From Eledone cirrhosa (Eukaryota), in the NCBI GenBank assembly GCA_964016885.1, contig OZ024740.1, positions 292,144,001 to 292,208,000 of the forward strand: a DNA stretch of 64,000 bases. Direction: 5' to 3'. The notes under the pieces were generated by a model that saw nothing but the letters and a program-made list of their open reading frames with translations, was not told where the DNA came from and made no database searches. Of this stretch, positions 1 through 12,870 are shown piece by piece (within the stretch, counting starts at the first letter, position 1; the number at the start of each line of letters is the position of its first letter). The translations under genes were made by a program, and so were the position numbers.

Positions 1-342
1 GTTGCCCCACATGCCCGTTAAAGTCACCTGCAATACGTAAGAGGTCGCTGTCATTTATTTGGGGGGTAGTGTGCATTAGGGACTCATAGAACCTGTCTTT
101 TATACGTCCAGACTGAGGTGTATATGCAGATATAACTGTCATGGTTGTTCTCTTTAGTACAAGTCTAAGTTTAATTATTTTGTAATTTACTCTTCTTACA
201 GCAATTACTTTGTCTGCCCATTTTCTGCTGCTAAAATCCCTACTCCACCCAGCCCGTCGTCATCTCACACCAGAACATTTTGTTGCATCGTTTTTTTGCC
301 CACGAGAAATCTACCTGACATTCCCCTCCATCTAATCTTGTT

Positions 343-345
<3 letters not shown>
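1..345 (-). mobile_element. RTE-type LINE AP-endonuclease fragment
   Basis: Minus strand reads, with frameshifts, ...GGVGILAAE..VRRVNYKIIKLRLVLKRTTMTVISAYTPQSG...IAGDFNGHVGQ. Confidence 0.8.
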
Positions 346-402
<57 letters not shown>

Positions 403-427
403 TCATATATATAGATATATAGATATA

Positions 428-496
<69 letters not shown>

Positions 497-594
497 AACA
501 AGATTAGCTGACATTCCCCTACATCTAATTTTGTTGTACACCACACACACACACACACACACACACTCACTCATATATATATATATATATATAT

Positions 595-1039
595 ATTGAA
601 GCAGTGCGCATGTCCGATTCATTTTTACGGATTTCTTTCTTTCGTTGATGTGTTATTTATATATAATAAATGTTCTTTCACACGCACTCGCGCATACAGA
701 CACACACTGTGTGTGTGTGTGTGTGCGGTGGTGATTGTGTGTCTGTATGCGCGAGTGCGTGTGATAGAACATTTATCTAATATATATTTGTGAAATGGGT
801 GGTGGTTGAAATTCAGTTGTGCACGGTTAAATGGTAGTAGACGTGGTCGGACGGACATGAAAATATACACACCTATGTAACTTGAAAAATGTGGTCCCTG
901 GGGCCCCAAAACGGTCTATTTACTATCGCGTTCGGTGAGTTATTTCCCCCTGTTCTAATACTTTTGTCTTATTTACAATTTCATACAAATAAAGCAGTAA
1001 ATAAAGGATTATGAGTTCATGCAATTGACTTATGTTTCG

Positions 1040-1105
<66 letters not shown>

Positions 1106-2851
1106 GAAAATGCTTTAATAAATAAAAAATATCAACTGTAATGTATGTATGCATGTATTTATGTGTTTATATGAGCGGGGATATCCAAGTAAATCTTACT
1201 TTGTGGACAGCTGCCCCTTAGCATAATATTCATGCTAGAACAGCATATATTTGAAAGTTTTCAGGGAGTTGAATTACTGATTTTGGATCGGCAGCTTTAG
1301 CTTTGAAAAAATGAAATGTGCAGTGTAAAGATTTTTTATTATTCCTCCGGGGATGTATCTTCTCTGCCTTTTTCCATCTCTTTCTTTCTCTCTGGAAGAA
1401 ATCAGCCGTAGTAAAACCTAAAAAAATGGTTAGATACACCATGACGCACCGTGCATCACGGTGGAGTTGAAAAGCAGACTCAGAACATGGCGTTGTGTGG
1501 GGGTGGCTCGCAGCCCAATGTTCCAGAGGGAGCAAAAGAAGAAGAAGAAGAAGAAGAAGAAGAAGAAGAAGAAGGTGTGAGCTGGAGTCCTATCAAATAT
1601 GTAGGTTGTGTCTTAAATTGAAGGTTTAGTAGAAACAATTCATGTATAGTTTTGTACTTTTCTTTTTGTCATTCATATATAAACAAATCTACTATATAAA
1701 TTGGAAGTGGTCGGACGTTGTATATGTAGGTGTAGTCGGATAAACGTCGAAACGGCTTGGTGGAATGCAGCGAAAATTTACAGTTATGCAGAATGACCCG
1801 AGGAGGCGTTGGGTCGACTTTCAAGCTACAAGCTTCCATGGTTACGGAGAAAATCGATGAAACAGGAATTTCCCATTCAAATTGAACTGAGAGTAATCTG
1901 TGAACGCAGAAGTAAATATTTCGAGAAATGTTGCAACCGAACGAAAACAGGAAGACAATATTTTGGTTCGTGAAGACGTTCCCTGGCAATGAACAGGAAA
2001 AAAGCGAGGATAATACGTCGTTATGTGGAACGTGAAGAACAATTTCATGCAAAGACAAGACCAAGTTTATGGTATTAATGGAGTCGTTAGACTAATATTC
2101 TATTTAAAATAACAGAACGATTTCCAGCCCCGGAGTTTAAGAATGATCTAAATAAAATTGAAAACGAAAATGACAGAGGTTATTAAAATAGTAAAAGTAA
2201 ATAGAGAAGATTTAGGCCAGTACATACGTATGCCCCGACGGACATACACATACACACGCACACACAAATACATACCCCCCCCCCCACACACACACATACA
2301 CACACACACACACACACACGAACGCACGCGCGTATGTATAAGCCTTATGCATTTCTACAGTATTTTCACCAAACTTAAGACATAGGTTACTTATGTACTC
2401 CGGATGGTCATGGGCACTGTCATTTTTCCAGATATTGATTATAGGGCCTCCCGGCAGATAATCCCCTTTAACCACTTTAACCACTTCCTTGGAGTCGACT
2501 GAAGCACTGCAGTGCAATGCAACAAAACGTCATAACTTCTGGAGTTCGCAACCGATTTTCACAAAACTTGACACATGGGCTACGTTTGTCCTACAGATGA
2601 ATGTGAACTCTCAGAAATGGCACATATTGGGTAGGAGACCCCTGGGGGAAGGAACCCCCATTTGGAAAAAGCCGATGATTTTGTAAAAGTATAGTTTTCG
2701 AAGTAGCACTGAAGTATTGACATAAATGGTATACACAACTGCTATTTAATATACGAGCAACGCCGGGTACCTCTGCTAGTTATATATAAATAACACATCA
2801 GCGAAAGAAAGAAATCCGTAAAAATGGATCGGACATGCGCACTGCTTCAAT
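595..2851. mobile_element. Putative TIR DNA element with ~71-bp terminal inverted repeats (superfamily unassigned)
   Basis: 596-666 (TTGAAGCAGTGCGCATGTCCGA...) is the reverse complement of 2780-2850, with 2 mismatches. No clear TSD. Confidence 0.6.
1688..2779 (+). mobile_element. Non-autonomous Helitron
   Basis: A|TCTACTATATAAA 5' end; 3' end CGAGCAACGCCGGG...CTAG|T, inserted in an AT target. Confidence 0.8.
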
Positions 2852-4179
2852 TACTCACTATAAGCGGATGCTGGGGTTGCTTTAAACATTTTTTGGCTAA
2901 GTTGCTAGAGTAGCCAAACACTCCCATGGGCGTCACCTGATGCTTGGGTAAATGGTTTTAATTGCCCAAATAAATTACATCAGTTACAGATCAGACATCA
3001 ATTAGAATATATAAAATTAGCATGTTCACCCAAATTCGGTTCTTTTTTACCTAAGACATATGTGACATTTCCTCCCAGATTCTTGTTTTGTACTGCTTTG
3101 CCCTTTAGCAGAAATGTTGGTTGTTGATGGTGCTGGAGTGTTGTTGATTGATGTGAGAAAAGCGATCAGGATTAACAATGAATTGAGACTGGCCAACAAG
3201 GAACCCGAACTGTTAATTTAGATATTCTTCTTTGTACTATGCAACGAAATCGTGTAGCAAAATATAACACAATCGTAATAACAGAGGACGATGTCGCAGG
3301 CGACGAAGCGCAACGAACTCGTTGAGCTAGGAGAACCAAGGCAAGCTTAGATGCCGAGCAGCCGGATCAAACCGTTGTAAGAGATCAAGCTGCTTTTCGC
3401 GACGGAAGCAGGGACACATGGATTCGATGCCACTGTAATACAACAGAGCGTTTCGTCAACTCGTTGCTAAATGTAGTGTTCAAAGATAAGAGTATTTTGT
3501 TGTGATGCGTTGAAATTTGTGAGTGAATGTGTGGATGTAGAAATGTTGCTTGAGATAAGTTATTGCCTTGGTGCATGACAGATTTACTGATCTGAGTACC
3601 ATAGCCCAAGTGTAACAATGCCTTAATGACCAGCAACTACTACAGTCAGTCGTCAGCTGACTCAGAGACCAACAAAGTAAGAGAGCTTTTGACTGAGGGT
3701 CTTGGCTTAGTATATCCTTCGTGATAGCTATTTCTTGTCATGTCATTATAGATGCTTTCCTCTGCATTTCATACCCGCAGATCTACTCGTGATAATTTGG
3801 CTACAGCTCTATCATATCCAGTACTGCAAACCAACGAGAACTTCTATTTGGTCGTTCGACTTGCTAGAAATAGCAGCCAAGTCTCCCTCAAAATTACATA
3901 CTCTGAAAAAAAGAAAACAACAACAAAAACACGATATTTTGAAATAATGCAGTCCTCCTATGTACAATATGTTTGAAAACAAAACGGGATAGTCACGACC
4001 GGAAAAATGTTTGATCGTATGTCAGTTTTATCAGCAGTAACCTACATTTACGATCGAACGGGAGAGCCTGTGTGGTTGTGCGAGATGCCATGATTAGCAG
4101 ACAAATCTCTATCAAACCATACGCCTGCTAATGTAGTTTTTGCAGAATGAAAATATAAACACAAATATAAACACATATA

Positions 4180-4365
4180 ATTGTTTCTACTTTTGGCACA
4201 AGGCCAGCAATTATCCCAGTGTATTACTGGTACTTTATTTTATCGACCCCGTAAGGATGAAAGGCAAAGTTAACCTCGGCGGGATTTGAACTCAGTCCGT
4301 AAAGGGACGTAACTGTGCTGCAAAGCATGGCGTCCGACCCTCTACCGATACTGCCAATCCACCAC
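4180..4365 (-). mobile_element. tRNA-derived SINE (MetaSINE-like central domain)
   Basis: Reverse complement contains the B-box GAGTTCAAATCC followed by GCCTTTCATCCTTACGGGGTCGATAAAATAAAGTACC. Related copies at ~8960, 13400, 21905, 23150, 26370, 40030, 51285, 55325 and 62020. Confidence 0.75.
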
Positions 4366-4469
4366 ATATAATTAATACAAATAAGTATTGCCCGGAACCT
4401 CACAAATACAATGCACAAAAATATATGAACAAAGTGAGAGAAAAAGGTTAAAAAAAAAAAACAGACATC

Positions 4470-5990
4470 AATTCACCACCCAGTGCATCAATCGGCCGTA
4501 CATCACAAGGAGCAGTAACCTCCACATTTACAGTGGCATCCATGATGGGGGGGGGGGCAAAAGAGTCACTGACTGTGGCGTCCCAGATGAGACATCTGCC
4601 TCTTACCCAGAGACAAAGGGTAAGATCAACTAGTCTCTTCCCATCAATTCTGGATAATCCAGCCGGCTTCAGAACTGAGGAGATATTTACTCGAGCTAGA
4701 GCCCGCTTAATGATCAGGTTTAGCTCGGTGTGGCGGGTAAAGCGACCAGCATTGAAGCGGCAGGAAAAACAGTGGAGGCTTGTTTGTCGAGAGACCTACC
4801 AGAGCGACATACATCTCAGATCCCAACAGACATCGGCTCCCACTCATAGTACAATGGAGATGTGGAGCTCGTCCAGACTGAGAAGACGACCAATGTTGAC
4901 CGCAGGCAGGGCATCAATCCAGTCCCACGAGAATTTTGCGCTAGCAGAAAGTAAGTGGCACCTAGAAAATTAATCAGAATGATCAAAGAGAGAGTTAAAT
5001 GTTTCGCTCAAACGCAGATTGTCACATACTCACTGCTTCCATCTATCCTCATCAGTAACTGGGACTGACAAACCCAGCTCCCTCCACTGTAGGAAAGCTT
5101 CATCCATCTCTCCATGTTGTAAAGGAGAGGAGTCACCCACAAAAAGGGAGCAAGCATGGATGGAGGAAAGAAAGCACGGTAGAGACAGAAACGAACATTT
5201 ACGCAGACCAAGACCTCCAAACCATCTTGCAAAGCAGCCTTGTCACGGGACCCTGGAGTGTCTAACTTGACCAAGCCCTCAAGTTCATTGAAGATTAAAT
5301 CGTCAAAGCGTTGGAGAGACGACGAGCATTTGTAAGAGGGACTAACTCTGAGGAAATACAACTTAGGTATCGTCAAGTAATTCCCAAGTATAAAAAACCT
5401 TGGTGAGGCTCAACAACCTCAAGGTTTTTTTTTAAAAAGTTGCTCGAGGATAGCCAACGTAGATCATAAGATGGACTCGAAGGCTTAATCAGTAATTGGG
5501 GCTCCAAGGGAGAACTACACTGATGAGGGAGGAACTGCAATAGAGGGGAAGGACTCTGCAAACAGGTTTACAGTCTGCTTATGTGAAGCTGAATGGCTCA
5601 CATTTGGAACTGTTGATGTGAAGGCCCCTACGAATCAGTTCCTCAATCATCACCTTCACGGTTGCAATGACTTTATATGGAGGACCCCCCACTCCCCCCA
5701 AAATAAAACAATAACCAGATAACAGACATTCAAATCCAGATCAGCTCCCATCGTGGTGACGTCATCAATGCACAATGTGAAAAGAGCAGACCCGAGCGGG
5801 TCACCTTGTTGGACCCCTAAGGCAGATAGATAAAATGGTCACCGATAGGCCTGCCAAGCAAAGTAGTAAAGCTGTGGGGTCCTCTCCTTTACTGAACGGA
5901 AGATGGCATAGTGATTGATGGAATTGAAAGCGTTCCTGAGATCTAGTTTGATGATAACCTTTATGATCTCAGAAGTCAAGCTGGTGGCAT
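4470..5990 (-). mobile_element. Degenerate CRE-clade non-LTR retrotransposon (RT plus restriction-like endonuclease)
   Basis: KLDLRNAFNSI, GVQQGDPLGSALF, and C-terminal CCRFNAGRFTRHTELNLIIKRAL...IDGKRLVDLTLCLWVRGRCLIWDATVSDSFAP; frameshifted. Confidence 0.75.
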
Positions 5991-6394
5991 CCCTAGCTGA
6001 ATAAGGGAAAATAATATAGTACCCGATAAACACAGTGACGAGATTATCACGGCTGAAATGGCTTATACTATATATAGATCAACTTTATTAGAGTTCACAT
6101 AGAACTAAACAAAAACGTCAATATCCAGCACCATTTACTCTATTCCATACTGAACACTATCTATTTCGCGAGAGAAAAAAAAGGTCTTTAGGTTTGGAAA
6201 TCGACGCTAAATTTAAACAAAGGAAGTATGTTTGGAACGCGGCGAGTGAAGTTTAGAGTTGAAATAGAATTAGAAGTTACGCCGTAATATTTTTGACTAT
6301 GGTGTAGTCTAATAATGAGGCATATAAACCTCACTGAACGGAAAAAGATGGGTATCAGTACACATGGGCATCGAACTCACACCCAGGCGAGGTG

Positions 6395-6480
6395 ATTTGG
6401 AAGTAATAGTGGAAGTAATGGTGGAAACACTGGTCATTGATTGGTTGTTTTACGATGACGTCGCTCATTACGTTTCTCCC
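6395..6480 (+). promoter_or_regulatory. Putative proximal promoter of the Ly6 gene
   Basis: Two GGAAGT (ETS-like) motifs, an inverted CCAAT (GATTGG, ~6439) and a CRE-like TGACGTC (~6455), 100-170 bp upstream of the ATG in locally CpG-richer sequence. Confidence 0.4.
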
Positions 6481-6565
6481 TGACTGTCATACACAGCATT
6501 TTACCTTTGTTGAGAGGTTCAGCGTTCTCCTCTATTAACACTCCATTTATAACATATATATAATA

Positions 6566-6632
6566 ATGATCATGAAGTTACCTAATATCATTGCTGTTGT
6601 CTTCTTGGTTGCAGTTATATATGTACAGTCTG
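6566..6632 (+). CDS. crok: Ly6/uPAR three-finger (quiver/sleepless family, crooked-like) protein, exon 1 (signal peptide)
   Basis: ATG at 6566 encodes hydrophobic MIMKLPNIIAVVFLVAVIYVQS. Phase-1 donor G|GTAAGC at 6633 joins in frame to exon 2. Confidence 0.88.
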
Positions 6633-9600
6633 GTAAGCTGACACTGACGTTTCTAATCTATTCTCTCTCTCTCTTATGTTTCTCATACACCGCTTTAAAC
6701 CACCTTTTTACCTTATATGAAAGTTACAATCTATCATTTATTAATCACCTCATTCATTCGTTATTTTTTTTATTTAGTATCGTTAATAAATCTGTTGCTG
6801 TAGAAATCTGAATTACCGATTTAGTTGAAAGTCATCGGGGTAAATTAGCTAGCGAAACTTAATTTCAAAATTGCTTGCTTATAAATCTATCATAATTTTA
6901 ATTGTCCATTTCAGGTAGTTGTTACATTACAAGGTGTAAAAGGCTTGACCTAGAATTAAGACATTTTGTTAATTCATAAATTGCAATAACGATCATTTCA
7001 CTGTAATTGCGGTCTTTTGCTCTGGCGTTGGCTCGGTTGTTCACCCCTTCCATTACATTTTCTTTAATATTTTAACATTAAAAGAATATATCTTTCTGAA
7101 TGAATCGCGAGCTATTTATAATGTTATCGAAGCATTTGTAATGTTATTTATGTATATATTTAAAACATGTTATGTTATTCTACTGTAAATTTATTTATAT
7201 ACTCTGTTTATATTTTCATTCTGAAAGAATTGCAAACGATTTGTAATATTATTTATACAACTATGAATAAAATTAAATGTTTATAGTAAAAAAAAAATAA
7301 CAATAAAAATTTAAATATCATCCCTTTCGTTTGTTTCATGGAATATTTAAATATTTCTAACTAAATCTAATTGCTTTAATAATTTTATTTTATTCTTATT
7401 TGAAGTTTCACTTTGGCATATCCATATTTTTAATACATATTTTGTTAGGCCAATTCATTCTCTGACCCAAATGTTAAGGGAAATAAAGCGATTTTTTTTT
7501 TTTTATTGACCTTGCGAATTGTTTATAGTCACCTTGAGTCCAGCTGCTAAAGCCTGTATTGATGACTTGTTATTGGTATTAGCTTTCTACTATAGTACCC
7601 CTCATCTTAGCGACCTATTTAGTTGAATACTGGTGCTGCTTCAGTCTGACGCACTGCTTATATTTATCTTTAAATTATTAAGGTAGATTTAAATAGGCCA
7701 ATATCTAATTATATTTTTACGTTTATTAAAAAATGAAATTGAAATATTTCAAGATTGTTTAGAATTTACACATTAAAGCTAATTTAGCCACCCAACAACC
7801 TGTTCCTGCGAATAACCCGTAGCTTGAAGTATATGCATTGAATGAAGATAAAAATGACAAATACAAATATTTTTGTATTATAAAATAATGTTCGATACAA
7901 CATGGATATTTATGCTGGGATATTGAACGCTGGTGCTGCTTCAGTCTCACGCACTGCTTAGTTATCGTTATAAAATCACGATAAAATGTCTTTAAAATGT
8001 AATTATATTATATTTTTATACAACTGTGAATAAAAGTACAGATACCGACAGACCAAAAATATATATATATAAATGTTTAATTATATTTTACATTAATTAA
8101 TAAAAGCACTAGATTTAATATCTAATTTTAAAAGCACTAGATTTGCGCCTGGGCTTAGTAAAAATAATAAATAAAAGTGGAGGTATGTTTCTAATAAACT
8201 TAGTGTGGGTTCCTGATTAAAATTATTTCACTTCACTCCTATCGTTGATGCCCTTGAAGTAGACGAGTGTCGCAGTCTCCTCATTTCTCCTAGTAGAGAA
8301 AATCAATATGTTTGCTTGTATTGATCAGTTCTGGTGGCTTTAATGTATTACCAACAGAACCAGATAAATATTTACGATCTGTGTTAATATCCACAATAAA
8401 GTAACCAATAAGTATGATTAAAAAAAAAAAAAAGATTTAATTTCTTTATGTGAATGTAAAGTTAATGCAGTGGTGGCCTGTTATTCCTGTCTCTTCACTT
8501 GATATTCCTGTGAGTATGTTCATTGACTAACAAATGATCAAAAACGTTCATCCCGTCCTTTTAAGATATCTAAAACTACATTTTCCAATATATCCTTTCC
8601 TTCCACCAGTGTCTGTGATTTGAGGGATATTTGGCTGTTATTTGTATCATGTTGAGTAACCATTCTGATAATTACTAAAGGTCACCTCTATACATCTATT
8701 TTGACCCCGTATTAATCCGATCTTTGCTAGTAATTATCCCCCCCCCCCAATCCTAATATTCTAACTTATTCCACTTTCTATAATTACTGCAGTTCTTGAA
8801 ATATATTGCACTGTGAACGTTCAATAAAACAGTTTTCTCACTCCATCGGCCGGTTTTAAACATATGCAGATTTTCCCATCAATAATCTACACCTCCTCGT
8901 CATCACTCACCTCACTTAACTCTGGATTGATTCTTACTTCCAAAATATACTCATTATTATCCCGCCGAGGTTAACTTTGCCTTTCATCCTTACGGGGTCG
9001 ATAAAATAAAGTACCAGTAATACACTGGGTATTTGCTGGCCTTGTGCCAAAAGTAGAAACAATTATTATTATTAGTAGTAGTATTTCATATATTAATCCA
9101 ACTTTTATATAGAAATGCCCGTTTCCTTGCACCCTCAACTGATGTCTACATCGTCACAAAACCTATCTGCCACCAAAAATTCAGACAAGCGTTATAGAGA
9201 CATCAAACTCACTTAAGAAATCACTAAACTGATGAAAAGCTTTCAACTCTACTAATTTTGATGTATCATTCTACCCATTTATTACTGCCGGACTTAACAG
9301 TAAACCCAGAGAAATAGTATTGTAAGGCGTGGATGGTAAAGCTGTAGGCAAAGGTATATATAGGTAAACCTATACATATTGTTGGCTAGATTAACAAATT
9401 AAACTTGGAATAATAAAGGAGATTCGATGCATCTCTCTCAATTCACACTCTACTATCTTAAAAACATTGAAGAACATATTGGATAAATATAGTCTTCAAT
9501 ATAAAAAAAGATGGTCATGACTAAAACTTCTTTGATTCTAGGTTTGCTCACTCAGGACCAACCCAGAACTAAACAAATTGTTCCACTGGTGTCCTAACAG

Positions 9601-10350
9601 AAACCCTAGTGTTCTCGGACATAGCATTTGCCTTTATCAAACTATCATTTTACTCTGAATGTATCCTTTTCCAATTAATGCTTTTATTTGAAACACATCG
9701 GGCATTCTCATTAATCATCATTATTGTTTTGTTTTTTTCAACTATAGTGATTCACTTGACACGGAAAACCCACATTCTCAATAGAGCTAAGCTTATAACG
9801 AGTAGATTAGATGTTCTAAAATTAAATTAGTCTTTGCCAGTTGCATGTGTGAACTGTCAGATATTGTTTCTGCTAACCCTGAAAAGGAGCGATTATTTCA
9901 CTTGTCAAAAAGTTGCACCATATCCAAACAAAAGCCAACTATCTAATAAAAAAGCTCATCAACACACACTTTTTCCCCTTGAAATCAACTTGGGTGATCT
10001 GCGAAAATATTAGCCAAAATCTACACAAAATTACACTCTTTTATTAAAAAAAAAGCAAAAGATATTGAATAATGTAGTGATAGATGGTCACCGATGAAAT
10101 GTCTTTGATTGAAAGTCAGTTTGACTAGGACTGACCTTGGGCTAAACAGAAACACAGTATAAAATACACTATTTCATTGACTTTGCTCTACATTTTTATT
10201 TAATCATATCTGCCAGTTTTTATCCTACTTTAAGCCCATCTAAACCTATTTACTTCTCCATCTTTACTTATGTTTTAATTCTAATAATGAGAACATACTC
10301 ATCTTTGACTAATAACTAACTCTTCATTTTTGTGCAAGCCTTCTTATGCA

Positions 10351-10695
10351 ATCATCATCATCATCGTTTTACGTCCGTTCTTCCACGCTAGCATGGGTTA
10401 GACGGGTTGCCCTGTTGTGAGCAGTGTCTGGTCGGCTGACCATGCCTTGCTCATACAGGAACTGATTTGGCTTGATTTCTACAGCTGGATGCTCTTCCTA
10501 ACACCAACCTCATTTACAGTGAGTGCTGGGTGCTTTTTCGTGGCGCCTACACGTCCACTTTACAGTGTGGGCTGGGTGCTTTTTTGCCGTGGCACCTCCA
10601 CGACCACCTTGCGGTGGGGGGGGGGGGCATATTGTCTATATGCTTCAGTTTGTACCCATGGGAGGTCGGGTACTCTGTATTACTGCGTGATACTT
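10351..10695 (-). mobile_element. Short element derived from the RTE LINE 3' end, with (ATG)n tail
   Basis: Shares GGTGTTAGGAAG.GCATCCAGCTGTAGAAA, CCATGCTAGCGTGGAA and the (ATG)n tail with the RTE 3' end at 28000-28430. Confidence 0.7.
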
Positions 10696-11492
10696 TAACT
10701 AAAACGTGTTGTTGTTTTTTAAATGTTATTTTACTGTTTAGTCAGTAGGAAGAGCAGTGCTTGTGACCCCCATTCAATGTATGAAGAGTAGTGGGGTATC
10801 CTCAAAACTGGGACTGGCCCTGAATGCTTGAAGTAGAGTGGACTTCATTGACACTCAAGGGCTAGGTGATGGTGTTAAACTGGGTGTTAAATTAAGTCTA
10901 TTAAAAGATATTACTTCTGTTATTTTACTTATAAACTTAAATGATTTTATTTCATTACGTTATTCTTATGACAATATCTAGTAGTTTTGTATTAGTTTAC
11001 TTGCTATATATATAATAAGGATTATTGATGTCGAATTTGCCTTCAGGCCTAGAAGTTACAAGTAATTATGATGAGCTTATAGTGAACATTGGTAAATCTA
11101 ATCAGCTTGTCATGTCTTCTCTTCATTGTTGATTTGATTTTTATATTAACTTGTTAATTTATTAACTGGAATATTATAAATTAATTTTACTGTTTCAATC
11201 TAGATTGATTTCAAGTGTTAAAGTAAATATAAAGGTTAAAAGTTATTACATTAAACTCTTAGTTTTCGGTTGCCTTAAAATTAAACATTCTGGTTCTTAA
11301 AATGTTCTTATTTTTAGATATATGCTAAAGCAGAAGATAGATTAGTTAATTATTATCTATCAAGATAATTCTTGTTCTAAATGAGAAATAAATCGTTTGT
11401 GACGAACATTTCTATTGCTTGAATTCACTGTTAACAAATGCTTGTTCACATATATTTTCATTTCTAATATTAAATTTTATTTTGTGTTTTAG

Positions 11493-11618
11493 GTTTCGGA
11501 ATACAATGTTATGAATGCAATTCTTTCCACCAGCAGGATTGTGGAGATCATTTTGAAAATACAACCTTTCGCTTGGTGGCCTGTGAAGGTAATCTATGCC
11601 GAAAAATTGTACAAACAT
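11493..11618 (+). CDS. crok: Ly6/uPAR crooked-like protein, exon 2
   Basis: Acceptor ttttgtgttttAG, donor GTAAGT at 11619; 126 nt, phase 1-1. Encodes GFGIQCYECNSFHQQDCGDHFENTTFRLVACEGNLCRKIVQT: typical LU N-terminus (CYEC, CRKI) with an N-glycosylation sequon NTT. Confidence 0.93.
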
Positions 11619-12084
11619 GTAAGTACTTTTCAGTAGTTGTATCTACAAAATAACCGTGTGAGTGTCTTGTTTCTTACAATGATTGAGAATTTGAAAGCTT
11701 AATACAACGTTTAAAAGTGCAAATAGGATGGGGTAGGGGGAATATTTAAATCTTTTAACATTTCTTACCTGAGAGCATTAATTGATCCTTAAAATGTATT
11801 TATTAATGGGAATTAAAAGAACTAACTAAATAAAAGATAATCTGCATTTACTAAATGATTTTCTTTTATAATGTAATTAAAAGGATTGTCAGAACAGTAG
11901 GACTTGCTCATCCTCACAGAAACACATGCACATAAACATTTAAAATAGTCAAGTGTTACATAATCACTTAATGTGCTAGAAATAGCAGTCAAATTGTACT
12001 TTTTCTGAAATAAAGATAAGATAGTCATGGATAGAATGTTAGATCGGATTAGTGTTTTACTCGATCAAAGCTGTCCAGAGGCTA

Positions 12085-12870
12085 ATCATTGACATGGGAA
12101 AAGTACTACAGATGCTCTCTTCTTAGTGAGGCAACAAGTGAAGTTCTTAACCAAGTATAAGCCATTATATTTAGCTTTTGTTGATCTAGAAAAGTTCTTT
12201 GGCAGAATACCTCAATCCATTATCTGGTGATCCTTTAGAAAATTAGGAGTAGAAGAATGACTTGTGAGAGCAGTGCAAATAACCATGTACAGAGGAGATG
12301 TCAGTAAAGTGAGTTTAGTGAAGAATTCAAGGTACAGGTAGGAGTTCATCAAGGTTCAGTTCTTAAGCCAGTGCTGATGAACAGTACTGGCCTAAGAACC
12401 AAAAGGTTTCATCTCCCTACATAAAAAAAAGGTGATTGTATGACGTCTGTGCAAAGTGCAATGCTGGATGGTAATGAAACATGGGCAGTGGCTGCAGAAA
12501 ACATACGCAGACTGGAGAGAATTGAAGCAGCCATGCTTCGTTGGGTGTGCAATGTCAATGTTAGAGAAAGGCAGAGCTTGGTTGAACTGAGGGAAAAGCT
12601 GGCTTTAAGAGGCATCTAAGGTAGTGTGCCAGGGAAGAAATAGCCTTGTGGATAACATTGTCACTGTGAGGATCCTCAGTTATGTCAAAGTCATGACAAC
12701 CTCTGCTGAGCACTCGATGGAACGTGAGACTGTACATAAGCAAGATACAGATCCCTAGCTTGTTTGGGAGATCAGTGGCTCCACTTCCATAAGGACTTGG
12801 TCTACATAGACCCGTCCAACCCTTGCTAGCAGGGAAAGCAGAAGTTAAAACGACAATAATGATGATATAT
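12085..12870 (+). mobile_element. Degenerate, internally deleted RTE LINE RT/3' fragment (intron 2)
   Basis: STTDALFLVRQ, KPLYLAFVDLEK, VGVHQGSV, SAMLDGNETWAV motifs; ends in an (ATG)-like tail. Confidence 0.75.

Noticed and set aside
3280-3760. CpG-richer segment that might be an exon
   Set aside because: No recognisable protein motif or consistent splice/ORF structure.
6633-6811. Extension of the exon 1 ORF to 81 aa
   Set aside because: Read-through past a strong GTAAG donor into intron sequence.
7628-7960. ~33-bp direct repeat in intron 1 (CTGGTGCTGCTTCAGTCT.ACGCACTGCTTA)
   Set aside because: Real, but only two copies and no evidence of function.
9229-9250. CTGATGA motif
   Set aside because: No downstream GAAA or stems, so not a hammerhead.
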